DNA from: Betaproteobacteria bacterium
GTDB lineage: Bacteria; Pseudomonadota; Gammaproteobacteria; Burkholderiales; SG8-39
NCBI GenBank assembly: GCA_947482825.1
Contig: CANKMT010000005.1
Coordinates: 15,250 to 79,249 of the forward strand
Reading direction: 5' to 3'
Length of the DNA: 64,000 nt
In this document: positions 45,985-59,648 of the stretch, in pieces
How positions within the stretch are numbered: position 1 is the stretch's first letter
How the letters are laid out: the number at the start of each line of letters is the position of its first letter
Program-made: the position numbers and the translations under genes
The notes under the pieces: generated by a model
What the model saw: the letters and a program-made list of their open reading frames with translations, nothing else
Database searches by the model: none
Told to the model about the DNA's origin: nothing

Positions 45985-46512
45985 ATGAAACTCCACCAGC
46001 TCAAGATCGATTTCAACGCCGAACAGGACCGGCTGCTGATGCTCGTATCGACCGACGACGGGGCCGAAGTGCGGATGTGGCTGACGCGCCGGTTCGTGAA
46101 ACTGTTGTGGCCCCTGCTGGTGAAGCTTGCCGAGGAAGCGAGCCCGCGCATCAAGGTCCAGGCGAACGTCGAGGCGCGCAAGGCGTTGCTCGGGATCGAG
46201 CACCAGAAAGCCGTGCAGAAGGCGGATTTCTCCAAGCCCTTCCAGGAGACCCCGCGCTCGACCCCGTTGGGCGCCGAGCCCCTGCTGCTTGCGCGCATCC
46301 AGACCGGCAACGATCCGAAGGGTCTGCCGGTGGTGTCGCTTCATCCTACGAACGGGCAAGGCATCACGCTGACCCTGGACGAAGTGCTCCTCCACTCGGT
46401 CTGCCGCCTGCTCCAGGCGGCGGTGAGCAAGAGCGACTGGGACATCGACCTGAGGCTCCCCGGGGCCGAAGCCGAGCCCGCCGAGCAAGCCGAGCCAAGG
46501 ACACTCAACTAA
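45985..46512 (+). CDS. Hypothetical 175-aa protein
   Basis: Clean ORF divergent from the GNAT gene. Possible weak internal duplication. No family recognised. Confidence 0.5.
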   Translation: MKLHQLKIDFNAEQDRLLMLVSTDDGAEVRMWLTRRFVKLLWPLLVKLAEEASPRIKVQANVEARKALLGIEHQKAVQKADFSKPFQETPRSTPLGAEPLLLARIQTGNDPKGLPVVSLHPTNGQGITLTLDEVLLHSVCRLLQAAVSKSDWDIDLRLPGAEAEPAEQAEPRTLN

Positions 46513-46537
46513 GCCTGCTTGCGGATCGGCGCGGTAA

Positions 46538-48493
<1,956 letters not shown>

Positions 48494-48531
48494 GCAGGAA
48501 ACCCCGGGGAATCAGAGGGGAACGGAGTATA

Positions 48532-50085
48532 ATGCGCGCCCTCGGCAACCTCTCGCCAAAATCACAGGCAATCGCCATCAGTTCCGGTTTCGAACAACTC
48601 GGCCTCATCCCGCCGCTCCTCCAGGCGGTTACCGATCTGGGCTACACGCAGCCTTCCCCGATCCAGGAGAAGGCGATCCCCATCGTCCTCGCAGGACGCG
48701 ACCTCATGGCCGGCGCGCAGACCGGCACCGGCAAGACCGGCGCCTTTGCGTTGCCCACTCTGCAGCGCCTCGCCCCGATGGCGACCACCAGCACGTCGCC
48801 CGCCAAGCATCCGGTGCGAGTGCTTGTGCTCGCGCCGACGCGCGAACTGGCGATCCAGGTCGAGGAGAGCTTCAAGGCCTACGCAAAGCACCTGCCGATC
48901 CGCTCCACCTGCGTCTACGGCGGTTCGGACATGCGAGCCCAGATCGCCGAACTCAAGGCTGGCGTCGAAGTGCTGGTGGCCACGCCGGGCCGGCTGCTCG
49001 ATCACGTGCAGAACAAGACCGTGATGTTCAACCAGGTGAGCGTCCTCATCCTGGACGAGGCCGACCGCATGATGGACATGGGCTTCATGCCCGACATCCG
49101 GCGCATCATCGCGCTGCTGCCGGTCGAGCGGCAGAACCTGCTCTTCTCGGCGACTTTCCCGGACGAGATCAAGAAGCTCGCCGGGTCGATCCTCAGGAAC
49201 CCGGCCGAGGTGCAGATCGCCGCGAGAAACGCGCCGGCCGAGCTGGTGACGCACATCGTGCATCCGGTCGCGCGGGAGAAGAAGCGCGACCTCCTCGCGC
49301 ACGTGATCCGCTCGAGGGACCTGAAGCAGGTGCTGGTGTTCTGCGGCACGCGGATCGGCACGAACCGCCTCGCGCACCAGCTGCGCGCTGCGCACATCCA
49401 CGCGGACGCGATCCACGGCGACAAGACGCAGGCCGAGCGCCTGATTGCGCTCGAAGCATTCAAGGCAGGCAAGACCGCCGTTCTGGTCGCCACCGACGTG
49501 GCATCGCGCGGGCTGGACATCGAAGGCCTGCCGCAGGTGATCAACTTCGACATCCCGCATTCGCCCGAAGACTATGTGCATCGCATCGGCCGCACCGGCC
49601 GCGCAGGCGCCACGGGCGAGGCGATCTCCCTGGTCTCGCCGGATGACCTCGAAGACCTTGCCGCGATCGAGAAGCTGATCAAGAAGAAGATCGATCGCGT
49701 GCTGGTGCCGGGTTACGAGCCGGACCCGGCCACGCTGACGGCACTGCTTGGCAGAGAAGAAGCCGACAAGGTGAAGCACGTGTCCACGCCGATTGCGCCG
49801 GTTTCGTCCGGTCGCCCGCGCCGCGAGTATTCGGAACGCCCGGAAAGGGATCGCTCCGAGAGGGACCGTCCGGAAAGGCAGGCGCGTACCGGGCGTCCGC
49901 ATGCAGTGCGCACGTCGCAGCCGGCACGCGCGCCCGCGGCGCCGGCCGACCCGATCTTCAGCAAGCCCTACGAGCCGGGCACTTCGCCTTCAAGCAGCCC
50001 GGCGGCGAATGGCGAATCCCGCCCCGCGTCCCAGCGGCGCGCCCGCCCGATCGGCGCGCTGCTCGGCGGATTGCGTAAAAGCTGA
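48532..50085 (+). CDS. rhlE: DEAD-box ATP-dependent RNA helicase (RhlE-like) with basic C-terminal tail
   Basis: Q-motif PSPIQ, AQTGTGKT, DEADRM, SAT and HRIGRTGRAG. GGAG lies 6 nt upstream of the ATG. Confidence 0.9.
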   Translation: MRALGNLSPKSQAIAISSGFEQLGLIPPLLQAVTDLGYTQPSPIQEKAIPIVLAGRDLMAGAQTGTGKTGAFALPTLQRLAPMATTSTSPAKHPVRVLVLAPTRELAIQVEESFKAYAKHLPIRSTCVYGGSDMRAQIAELKAGVEVLVATPGRLLDHVQNKTVMFNQVSVLILDEADRMMDMGFMPDIRRIIALLPVERQNLLFSATFPDEIKKLAGSILRNPAEVQIAARNAPAELVTHIVHPVAREKKRDLLAHVIRSRDLKQVLVFCGTRIGTNRLAHQLRAAHIHADAIHGDKTQAERLIALEAFKAGKTAVLVATDVASRGLDIEGLPQVINFDIPHSPEDYVHRIGRTGRAGATGEAISLVSPDDLEDLAAIEKLIKKKIDRVLVPGYEPDPATLTALLGREEADKVKHVSTPIAPVSSGRPRREYSERPERDRSERDRPERQARTGRPHAVRTSQPARAPAAPADPIFSKPYEPGTSPSSSPAANGESRPASQRRARPIGALLGGLRKS

Positions 50086-50294
50086 ACTTTCGGTTTTGAA
50101 GGCCCGCGCGGATACTGGCTCTCCCGCCAGTTGGCGTATCAGTACAGGTTCATCGTGGGTCATTCAATCGCTGTCGCAGTTGCCCGCTTAGGGCCGACTG
50201 CCGCCCCCGGGTGCCCAGTCCGGCAAATCCTTGGATACGATGCACGCTCTCCTGTTTCCAACGGAGGAGCATCCCCCTGAGGACTCCGAAAATC

Positions 50295-50405
50295 ATGGCT
50301 CGTGCTAAATCGAACGGCTCCAAGGACTTCTCCGCCGATCTCGGCTTCGAGGCCAAGCTCTGGCTGGCGGTCGGAAGCCTCATTTGGGGTACCACGATTC
50401 GATAG
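50295..50405 (+). pseudogene. Probable 5' stump of a type I restriction-modification methylase gene (hsdM)
   Basis: MARAKSNGSKDFSADLGFEAKLWLA matches the usual HsdM N-terminus (..LGFE.KLW.AAD.LR..). Similarity stops after about 25 codons and the frame ends at 50405. Confidence 0.4.
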
Positions 50406-50802
50406 TGCCACCGCCGTCCAGGCCCTTTGTACTTCTCGACGACGAGCCTGATCGATATACCTTGGCAATATAGGGAGGCGTGTGTCGTTCCAGGCAGGCT
50501 TCAATTTTTGGCAGAGTTCGCACGAAATTCTCCGCCAGTACTGGAAACGGCGCTTTCCCACTCACGATCAATAGCCGGACCCTATGCTCAATGACCGCGG
50601 CCAGTTCATTGGGGGTATACCGGATACGCTCATTGTGGGACAGCGCAACGCGGTCGTTCTTGCCACAGTGTTCGAGCCACTGCTCGTCGGGCCCATCTGG
50701 CGGAAACAAGTCGAGATGCCGCTCTACTTTCAACCCGGCCGCCACAAGAATTGCAGGAAAACGCTTGCCTAAATCACGATCCGTGAAATAAACACGGCTC
50801 AA
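50380..50802 (-). CDS. PIN-like / DUF5615-type putative toxin
   Basis: 140 aa. VYFTDRDLGKRFPAILVAAGLKVERHLDLF..D..DEQWL is the pattern seen in partners of DUF433 proteins (recollection). 4-nt overlap with the upstream DUF433 gene. Confidence 0.55.
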   Translation of the reverse strand: MSRVYFTDRDLGKRFPAILVAAGLKVERHLDLFPPDGPDEQWLEHCGKNDRVALSHNERIRYTPNELAAVIEHRVRLLIVSGKAPFPVLAENFVRTLPKIEACLERHTPPYIAKVYRSGSSSRSTKGLDGGGTIESWYPK

Positions 50803-51488
50803 GCGGCGCGCTCATACAGAACCGCTTGCTCGACCTCCTGCAGGGTGAGGTCGTAGTCCGCGGCAACGTCCTGCGGAGACTCTTCGGCATCGATGCGCTC
50901 GGCGATCACAGCCGTAGACACCCCAGCCCTGATAACCACCGGACGGCCAAACGCGATCTGCGGATCGATGGCAATCGGCTTGGGCGCCAAAGTCTGCCCC
51001 GAAACGAAAGGGTAGAGCCGAACCGGGAATTGCCATTTGTCCCATTCGACCCGCTGCAAGTGCTCTTCCAAAAGCACGCGCATGGCGAGCTGTCCAGACG
51101 CGGTTAGTTTGATCAGTTTGCCGTACTCATCCAGGAACACACGGCCGCCGTGAGTGCTGAGGTCTTTGCGCAACAGCAAGCGATCGACCTTGAGCGTCTT
51201 TTCCGCATACGCGATCGCCTTGCGCAACTCGCGCACGGCCACTCCGTGCTCGGTCCTGAGAGAGCGCAGCACATGCGCCTCGATCAAGTTGTAGAACGAC
51301 AGAGTCGGCGGCGCCTTGACCGAGGGTTGAATCAGCGGGCGGAAATGCCGGGCATCGCCCTTCCTGGTGGCATACGGACGGCCGACCACCCAAGAGCGCA
51401 GCGTCGCAGGCGGCAGCTTGAGGTAGCGCGCGGCCTCGGCCAGCGTGTAGGCCGCCTTGTCGCGAAAGGTCTGGTCTCGGGTATCCAC
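50799..51488 (-). CDS. DUF433-domain protein with N-terminal HTH-like region (putative antitoxin)
   Basis: The C-terminal IDPQIAFGRPVVIRAGVSTAVIAERIDAEESPQDVAADYDLTLQEVEQAVLY fits DUF433. GTG start with GGAG 8 nt upstream. Confidence 0.7.
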   Translation of the reverse strand: MDTRDQTFRDKAAYTLAEAARYLKLPPATLRSWVVGRPYATRKGDARHFRPLIQPSVKAPPTLSFYNLIEAHVLRSLRTEHGVAVRELRKAIAYAEKTLKVDRLLLRKDLSTHGGRVFLDEYGKLIKLTASGQLAMRVLLEEHLQRVEWDKWQFPVRLYPFVSGQTLAPKPIAIDPQIAFGRPVVIRAGVSTAVIAERIDAEESPQDVAADYDLTLQEVEQAVLYERAA

Positions 51489-51675
51489 CGGGGAACTCTC
51501 CTAGGGCATCATTTTAGACGCATCCTGCGGTGAGATTGCTAATGCAGGCTGAACTGCTCCGCGCAGATTGGGTGCCAGCTTGACGATTCCGCCATCGAAT
51601 AGTCGAAGAATAACTTCCTGAGACCCAATATCCGCGAGGTTCTCCAGCCAATTCGTATTACAAAATTTGGATACC

Positions 51676-52437
51676 TCAGACGCAGCGCGCGCCGTCCACC
51701 TCGATGCACGACCCGCTGATCATCGAGGCCTCGTCCGAGGCCAGGTAGAGGCAGGCGTTCGCCACATCCAAGGGCGTCGAGAAACGCCCCAGCGGGATCG
51801 TGGCGAGGTAAGCCTTGCGAGCTTCAGGAGTAACTGCGCCGCCGGCAAACTCTGCGGACAAGCCCGTCTCGGGGCTGAACACCGGGTTCACGCAGTTGAT
51901 CCGTACGTTGTCCGGCCCGAATTCGCCGGCCATCGACTTGCTCATCAGGATCACGGCCGCCTTCGAACTGTTGTAGATCGCGAGTCCCGGCCGCGGGCGC
52001 AGGCCGGCGGTGGAGGCCACGTTCACGAAGTTGCCGCCGCCCTGCTTGCGAAAGACCGGCAGCGCATGCTTCACCGACTGGTAGATGCTCTTCACGTTGA
52101 CCGAGTAGACCTGGTCGAACTCGGCTTCGGTGACCTCGAGGAAGGGCTTCTTGCGATGGGTCCACCCGGCGTTGTTGATCACGATGTCGAGGCGCCCGAA
52201 GGTAGAAGTGGCCTTGTCGACCAGGTTCGCCCAGTCCGCGCCGCTGGTGACGTCGCCCTTGACGAACAGCGCGTTGCCGCCGGCTGCCTTGATTTCGCCG
52301 GCCACCCGCGCGCCGCTCTGCGCGTTGATGTCATTGACGACGACCTTGGCGCCTTCCTGCGCGAATCGCTTGGCAATGCCTTCGCCGAACCCCGAACCGG
52401 CGCCAGTCACGATCGCCACCTTGTCTTTGAGCCGCAT
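51676..52437 (-). CDS. Short-chain dehydrogenase/reductase (FabG-like)
   Basis: [12 protein letters not shown] (TGxxxGxG), NNAG and YNSSK (YxxxK). ATG at 52437. Confidence 0.9.
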   Translation of the reverse strand: MRLKDKVAIVTGAGSGFGEGIAKRFAQEGAKVVVNDINAQSGARVAGEIKAAGGNALFVKGDVTSGADWANLVDKATSTFGRLDIVINNAGWTHRKKPFLEVTEAEFDQVYSVNVKSIYQSVKHALPVFRKQGGGNFVNVASTAGLRPRPGLAIYNSSKAAVILMSKSMAGEFGPDNVRINCVNPVFSPETGLSAEFAGGAVTPEARKAYLATIPLGRFSTPLDVANACLYLASDEASMISGSCIEVDGARCV

Positions 52438-52506
52438 GTTGTCTCCAGTCTTATCGTGGTGTGTCGGCGCATTATAGAATCGCCCGTCGCTTCCAGGGAA
52501 AGCCCA

Positions 52507-53055
52507 ATGAACCTCGATCGAGTCAACACCGGCCGCGACGTGCCGAAGGACGTCAACGTGATCATCGAGATCCCGATGAACGCGGAGCCGATCAAGTACG
52601 AGGTCGACAAGGAAACCGGCGCCCTGTTCGTCGACCGGTTCATGTCGACGGCGATGCATTACCCCTGCAACTACGGCTATATTCCGCGCACGCTTTCGGG
52701 CGACGGCGACCCTGTCGACGTGCTGGTGATCTCGCCTTTTCCGCTCATCAGCGGCGTCGTGCTGCGCTGCCGGCCGGTCGGCATGCTCAAGATGGAAGAC
52801 GAGGCGGGCGAGGACACCAAGCTGCTCGCGGTGCCGATCGACAAGCTGACCAGCCTCTATCGCACGGTGAACTCGCCGCGCGATCTGCCGGAATCGGTGC
52901 TCGCGCAGATCGCGCATTTTTTCCAGCACTACAAGGACCTCGAGCCGGGCAAGTGGGTCAGGCTCGAGGGCTGGGTCGGCCCCGAGGAGGCCAAGAAGGA
53001 AATCCTGGACGGCGTCGCTCGCTACAAGCGGTCGAAAAAGAAGCCGAAGTTCTAA
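52507..53055 (+). CDS. ppa: Inorganic pyrophosphatase
   Basis: NVIIEIP...[15 protein letters not shown]...[25 protein letters not shown] at 52507. Confidence 0.95.
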   Translation: MNLDRVNTGRDVPKDVNVIIEIPMNAEPIKYEVDKETGALFVDRFMSTAMHYPCNYGYIPRTLSGDGDPVDVLVISPFPLISGVVLRCRPVGMLKMEDEAGEDTKLLAVPIDKLTSLYRTVNSPRDLPESVLAQIAHFFQHYKDLEPGKWVRLEGWVGPEEAKKEILDGVARYKRSKKKPKF

Positions 53056-53073
53056 CGATCGGAGCAGGTGAAC

Positions 53074-54219
53074 CTACGGTTCCCCCGCCCCCCCTCCCTG
53101 TTCGGCTTCTCTCTTGAACGGTGAGTGCTCGTTCAGCTCGTTCACGTACTTGGCGATGCCCTCGGTCTCCCTTTCGAGGAAGTCTTCCACGGCCTTCGAG
53201 AACTGCGGGTGGGCGAGCCAGTGCGCCGACAGCGTCTCCACCGGCAGCAGTCCGCGAAAGAGCTTGTGCTGGCCCTGGGCGCCGCCTTCGAAGAGATCGA
53301 GCTTCTGCGCGATGGCAAAGTCGATCGCCTGGTAGTAGCAGGCCTCGAAATGCATCAGCGGCACATACTCGATCGCGCCCCAGTAGCGGCCGTACAGTGT
53401 GGTCGGCGTGTACAAGTTGAAGGCCGCACCGAGGGGTGCGCCGTTGCGCTCCCCGAGGATCAATAGCGTGTGCTCGGGCAGGGCCTTGCCGATGCGCTTG
53501 AAGAATTCCAGGTTCAGATAGGGCGTCGACTGGTGGGCGCGATAGGTGTTGAGGTAGCACCGGTTGAAGAACTCCCAGTGTTCATCTCGGATCTCTTCGC
53601 CTCGAAGCCAGCGGAAGGTGACGCCGGCCTCGCGCACCTTGCGCCGCTCCTGCTTCAGGTTCTTGCGTTTCTGGTGCGTCAGGCGCGACAGGAAATCATC
53701 GAAGTCCGCGTAGCCCGAGTTCTGCCAGTGGAACTGCACCGTGCGCCGCATCATCATGCCGCGCGAGTGCATGAGAACGGCTTCCGCTTCCAGGGGGAAG
53801 AGCACGTGCAGTGACGATACGCCCTTCGCGAGGTCGAGCGCCTTGCCAACCAGCAACGCGCGGTCCGCGTCGGTGGCGGCCAGCACGCGGGGACCGGTGA
53901 CGGGCGTGAAGGGCACCGCGCAGAGCAGCTTGGGGTAGTACTCGAGCCCGTGGCGCGAATAGGCGTCGGCCCAGGCCCAGTCGAAAACGTATTCGCCGTA
54001 GGAGTGCGATTTCAGGAACAGCGGCATCGCGCCGGCGAATTCGCCATCACGCTCGAGCACGATGAACTGCGGCTGCCACCCGGTGCGCGCTGAGGCGCAC
54101 CCGGTGTCGATCAGGGCGTGGAGGAACTCGTGCCTGAGGAAGGGATTGCCGCTGCACAAGCGGTTCCATGCTGCGGCGTCGATGCCGCCGAGCGTTTCGG
54201 CGATGCGGAGTTTGAGCAA
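53074..54219 (-). CDS. DUF482 / FemAB-like GNAT-fold protein
   Basis: NPFLRHEFLHALIDTGCA...GWQPQFIVL...PLFLKSHSYGEYVFDWAWADAY is typical of this family (recollection). Confidence 0.7.
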   Translation of the reverse strand: MLKLRIAETLGGIDAAAWNRLCSGNPFLRHEFLHALIDTGCASARTGWQPQFIVLERDGEFAGAMPLFLKSHSYGEYVFDWAWADAYSRHGLEYYPKLLCAVPFTPVTGPRVLAATDADRALLVGKALDLAKGVSSLHVLFPLEAEAVLMHSRGMMMRRTVQFHWQNSGYADFDDFLSRLTHQKRKNLKQERRKVREAGVTFRWLRGEEIRDEHWEFFNRCYLNTYRAHQSTPYLNLEFFKRIGKALPEHTLLILGERNGAPLGAAFNLYTPTTLYGRYWGAIEYVPLMHFEACYYQAIDFAIAQKLDLFEGGAQGQHKLFRGLLPVETLSAHWLAHPQFSKAVEDFLERETEGIAKYVNELNEHSPFKREAEQGGGAGEP

Positions 54220-54275
54220 GTGCGGATTCTTGTGGGCGCTGCGCAGCAGCCTGGGACATTGGAGAACTGCGGTGA

Positions 54276-54758
<483 letters not shown>

Positions 54759-54795
54759 ATGTACTGAATGGTCCCTCGAAGGGGAGGGGGTAACG

Positions 54796-54826
54796 GGGGA
54801 ACCGCATTGAGGTTCCCCTGTTCGTT
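54796..54826. terminator. Rho-independent terminator (bidirectional position)
   Basis: GGGGAACC-GCATTGA-GGTTCCCC followed by TGTTCGTTT, between the convergent glnB and smr genes. Confidence 0.7.
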
Positions 54827-55347
54827 TACCTCGACTTAAGCAGTACCAGCAGCGCGCCGCCGCCGCCCGCGTGCGGCGGGGCCTGGCAGAAAGCCAGCAC
54901 TTCGTCGCGCGGCGTCAACCAGCCCCGCAATTTCGCCTTCAGGACCGGCTCGCGGTTCTTCGACCCGTGGCCCTTGCCGTGGACGATGCGCACGCAGCGC
55001 CGCCCGCGTTGTGCGGCTTCCTTCAGGAATTCCGCGACCATCGCCGAGGCCTCGTGCCGGTTGAGTCCGTGCAGGTCGAGTTCGGCCTGCACGACCCAGT
55101 GACCGCGCCGCAGGCGCCGCAGCACCATGCGCGCCAGCCCTTCCCGGAGGTAGACGAGTTCTTCCCCGGTCTCGAGGGCTTCCTCGGGCGTGACCGGCCT
55201 CTCGATGCTTTCGACCAGCGCGGCTCGCTCGTCGCGCAGTGTCTGCACCGGGATCGGGGGCGCCGGCGGCTTGGGCGCGTGGGCCCGGCGAGCCGCCTTC
55301 AGTGGCCGGACATCGGCGACCGCTTTGCGGAATTCGTCGTCCGGCAT
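54826..55347 (-). CDS. Smr-domain protein
   Basis: ELDLHGLNRHEA...VRIVHGKGHGS is the Smr nuclease domain signature. Confidence 0.85.
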   Translation of the reverse strand: MPDDEFRKAVADVRPLKAARRAHAPKPPAPPIPVQTLRDERAALVESIERPVTPEEALETGEELVYLREGLARMVLRRLRRGHWVVQAELDLHGLNRHEASAMVAEFLKEAAQRGRRCVRIVHGKGHGSKNREPVLKAKLRGWLTPRDEVLAFCQAPPHAGGGGALLVLLKSR

Positions 55348-55351
55348 TGCA

Positions 55352-56470
<1,119 letters not shown>

Positions 56471-56520
56471 TCACCAACCGGCGCACCATCCCGCGTGCAT
56501 CGACGAGGAGTGGAACGGCC

Positions 56521-57198
56521 ATGGCTGCAATGTCGACTACGGTATCAACGGCGGTACTCAAGAACGTGCCCATGTTCGCGAGCTTCCCCGACGAGCCGCT
56601 CCGCGTGCTCTCGACCCTAATCACGCGCAAGAGCACCCCTCGGGGGACGACCGTCATGTCGGCGGGCGATCCGGTCGATTCGCTCTACATCGTGATCTCG
56701 GGCCGCCTCAAGGTCATGATGAGCGATGCCGAGGGCAAGGAAGTGATCCTCAGCATCCTCGGGTCGGGGGAATTTTTCGGCGAGATGGGATTGATCGACG
56801 ACAGCCCGCGCTCGGCGAGCGTGGTGGCGATCGAGACCTGCGAATTGCTTTGCGTGACCAAGCGCGACTTCAACCGATGCCTTGCGGAAAACTTCGAGAT
56901 GGCCATGGCCGTGATGCGCGGGCTGGTCAAGCGCCTGCGCGAGGCCGACCGCAAGATCAACAGCCTTGCCCTGCTCGACGTGTACGGCCGGGTTGCGCGC
57001 CTGCTTATCGACATGTCCGAACAAGTCGACGGCCAGAAAGTGGTGACCAAGCGCCTGCCCAAACAGGACATCGCGAAAATGATCGGCGCCTCGCGCGAGA
57101 TGGTGAGCCGCGTGATGAAGGACCTGCAGCTTGGCGGCTTCATCGAGGTGCGCGGTTCGACCATCGTTCTTCGCGACTCGATCCTGCTGCCTTCATAG
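56521..57198 (+). CDS. Crp/Fnr-family transcriptional regulator
   Basis: cNMP-binding beta-roll (LYIVISGRLKV...GEFFGEMGLID) plus C-terminal HTH (QDIAKMIGASREMVSRVMKDL). Confidence 0.85.
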   Translation: MAAMSTTVSTAVLKNVPMFASFPDEPLRVLSTLITRKSTPRGTTVMSAGDPVDSLYIVISGRLKVMMSDAEGKEVILSILGSGEFFGEMGLIDDSPRSASVVAIETCELLCVTKRDFNRCLAENFEMAMAVMRGLVKRLREADRKINSLALLDVYGRVARLLIDMSEQVDGQKVVTKRLPKQDIAKMIGASREMVSRVMKDLQLGGFIEVRGSTIVLRDSILLPS

Positions 57199-57256
57199 AG
57201 CGCCCGCCGCCGCCAGAGGGACTGCAAGAACCCCTCTCAGCAATCGGGCCTAACTC

Positions 57257-57277
57257 CTCGCTTCGGCGGGATTTTTT
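57257..57277 (+). terminator. Small hairpin with TTCG tetraloop and T6 tail after the crp-like gene
   Basis: CTCGC-TTCG-GCGGG (one G:U pair), then ATTTTTT. Confidence 0.45.
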
Positions 57278-57349
57278 GATTCCTTTTCAAGTGCCTGCCG
57301 GGGCGCGGCCCAGGTAGGGGGGGGTATAATCCCGCAACCCGGATCCCGT

Positions 57350-59641
57350 ATGAGCGTAGCCGAAAAAGCCGACGGCGCTTCCCCCCGAACCGCTCCGCTG
57401 CCCGCCAAGCTCGGCAACCTGTTGCGCGAGGCGAAATGGCTGGCGCTCGTCGCCGTCGCGGTCTACCTGCTGCTGGCGTTGGCGACATTTCACCGTAGCG
57501 ATCCGAGCACTTCGCACAGTGCCACGGGGGCGACGGTTCAGAATGCGGGAGGGCAGTTTGGCGCGTCCGTGTCCTCGCTACTGCTCGAACTATTTGGTGT
57601 CTCGGCGTATTGGTGGGTGTTGCTTTGCCTGTACCTGGTTGTTTGGGGGTATCGACGCCTTGACGGAAGCTCGCTGATCGATCGGCGCTCAATCCTGATC
57701 GCGCTGGCGGGCTTCACACTGGTGTTGTTTTCCAGCGCTTCGCTTGAGGCCCTGCGCTTTCACTCGCTGCACGTCGAGCTTCCCCAGTCGCCGGGCGGGA
57801 TCTTTGGGGCAATATTCAGCTCAATTGCTTCTGGAGCGTTGGGATTCACGGGTTCAACGCTGCTCCTTCTCACGCTTGCGGCAGTCGGGTTCAGCCTCTT
57901 CACCGGAATTTCCTGGATCGCCGCTGCCGAATTCACCGGACTCGTGCTCGAGGGCCTGTATGGCCTGGCCAAGCGAGCGCGCGAAAGCCGGGAGGATCGC
58001 AAGATCGGCGAGATGGCGCGCGAGGAACGCGAGCACGTCGTCGAGATCGAAAAAAAGCGCGAAGAGAACCACGAGCCCATTCTCATCGCGCCGCCAGTGG
58101 TGGAGATCAGGAAATCCGAGCGCGTGCAAAAGGAAAAGCAGGCGACCCTGTTCGAGCACCTGCCGGACACGCCGCTGCCGCCCCTGAAGCTGCTCGACGA
58201 CGCGCAATCCGATGCCGAGCAGGTCAGCGTGGAAACGCTCGAGTTTACTTCGCGCCTCATCGAGAAGAAGCTTTCGGATTTCGGCGTCGCCGTCAAGGTT
58301 CTGGCCGCTTATCCGGGGCCGGTGATCACGCGCTACGAAATCGAGCCGGCGGTCGGGGTCAAGGGTAGCCAGGTGGTGAACCTCGTGCGCGACCTTGCGC
58401 GCGCGCTGTCTGTGGTCTCGATCCGCCTGGTCGAGACGATCCCGGGCAAGTCTTGCATGGGCCTCGAGATCCCGAATCCGCACCGCCAGACGGTGCGCCT
58501 GTCGGAAATCCTCGGGTCCGAGGCGTACCACGCCATGGCCTCGCCGCTGACGATGGCGATGGGCAAGGATATTGCCGGCAACCCGATCGTCGCCGACCTC
58601 GCCAAGATGCCCCACCTGCTCGTCGCGGGCACGACCGGCTCGGGCAAGTCGGTCGGCATCAACGCGATGATTCTTTCGCTGCTCTATAAAGCCGAGCCGA
58701 AGAACGTCCGCCTGATCCTGATCGATCCGAAAATGCTGGAGCTCTCGGTCTACCAGGACATCCCGCACCTGCTGGCGCCGGTCGTGGTCGACATGAAGCA
58801 GGCCGCCAACGCGCTCAACTGGTGCGTGGCCGAGATGGAGCGGCGCTACAAGCTGATGTCGTGGTACGGCGTGCGCAACCTGTCGGGCTTCAACCAGAAG
58901 GCCACCGACGCCGAGAAAAAAGGTCATCCGCTCGACGACCCGGCGACGATCGAGTCGGGCAATCCGCAACCGCTCACCGCGTTGCCGCATATCGTCGTCG
59001 TCATCGATGAACTCGCCGACCTCATGATGGTCGTAGGCAAGAAGGTCGAGGAGTTGATCGCACGGCTGGCGCAAAAAGCGCGCGCTTCCGGCATCCACCT
59101 CATCCTTGCCACCCAGCGGCCTTCGGTGGACGTCATCACCGGGCTCATCAAGGCCAACATCCCGACCCGCGTTGCTTTCCAGGTGTCTTCCAAAGTGGAT
59201 TCACGCACGATCCTCGACCAGTCCGGCGCCGAAGCGCTGCTCGGGCAGGGCGACATGCTCTACCTGCCGCCGGGCACCGGGTACCCGCAGCGCGTGCACG
59301 GCGCCTACGTGGCCGACCACGAAGTGCATGCGGTCGTCGACTACCTCAAGAAGCTCGCCTCGCCCGAGTACATCACCGCCATCCTCGAGCCCGAGATCGG
59401 CGAGGACGGCAACGGCGGCGCAGAGGCCGGCCCCACGGGCGAAAAGGACCCGCTCTACGACCAGGCCGTGGAGATCGTGCTGCGCACGCGCAGGCCCTCC
59501 ATCTCTCTCGTGCAGCGCCACCTGCGCATCGGCTACAACCGCGCGGCCCGGCTGATCGAGGACATGGAGCGCGCGGGCATGGTGTCGCCAATGCAGTCGA
59601 ACGGTAATCGCGAGGTGCTGGTCCCCGCGAAGCCCGAGTGA
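57350..59641 (+). CDS. ftsK: DNA translocase FtsK
   Basis: N-terminal TM segments and a linker, then the motor domain with [14 protein letters not shown] and [12 protein letters not shown]-terminal winged-helix gamma domain (LYDQAVEIV...[21 protein letters not shown]). Confidence 0.95.
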   Translation: MSVAEKADGASPRTAPLPAKLGNLLREAKWLALVAVAVYLLLALATFHRSDPSTSHSATGATVQNAGGQFGASVSSLLLELFGVSAYWWVLLCLYLVVWGYRRLDGSSLIDRRSILIALAGFTLVLFSSASLEALRFHSLHVELPQSPGGIFGAIFSSIASGALGFTGSTLLLLTLAAVGFSLFTGISWIAAAEFTGLVLEGLYGLAKRARESREDRKIGEMAREEREHVVEIEKKREENHEPILIAPPVVEIRKSERVQKEKQATLFEHLPDTPLPPLKLLDDAQSDAEQVSVETLEFTSRLIEKKLSDFGVAVKVLAAYPGPVITRYEIEPAVGVKGSQVVNLVRDLARALSVVSIRLVETIPGKSCMGLEIPNPHRQTVRLSEILGSEAYHAMASPLTMAMGKDIAGNPIVADLAKMPHLLVAGTTGSGKSVGINAMILSLLYKAEPKNVRLILIDPKMLELSVYQDIPHLLAPVVVDMKQAANALNWCVAEMERRYKLMSWYGVRNLSGFNQKATDAEKKGHPLDDPATIESGNPQPLTALPHIVVVIDELADLMMVVGKKVEELIARLAQKARASGIHLILATQRPSVDVITGLIKANIPTRVAFQVSSKVDSRTILDQSGAEALLGQGDMLYLPPGTGYPQRVHGAYVADHEVHAVVDYLKKLASPEYITAILEPEIGEDGNGGAEAGPTGEKDPLYDQAVEIVLRTRRPSISLVQRHLRIGYNRAARLIEDMERAGMVSPMQSNGNREVLVPAKPE

Positions 59642-59648
59642 GGCCTCA

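Noticed and set aside
51500-51665. Startless minus-strand coding-like stretch (...[50 protein letters not shown]-stop) between the SDR gene and the DUF433 gene.
   Set aside because: There is no start codon and no recognisable family, and it is only about 47 codons long. It may be a gene remnant of the decayed islet, but it cannot be supported as a feature.
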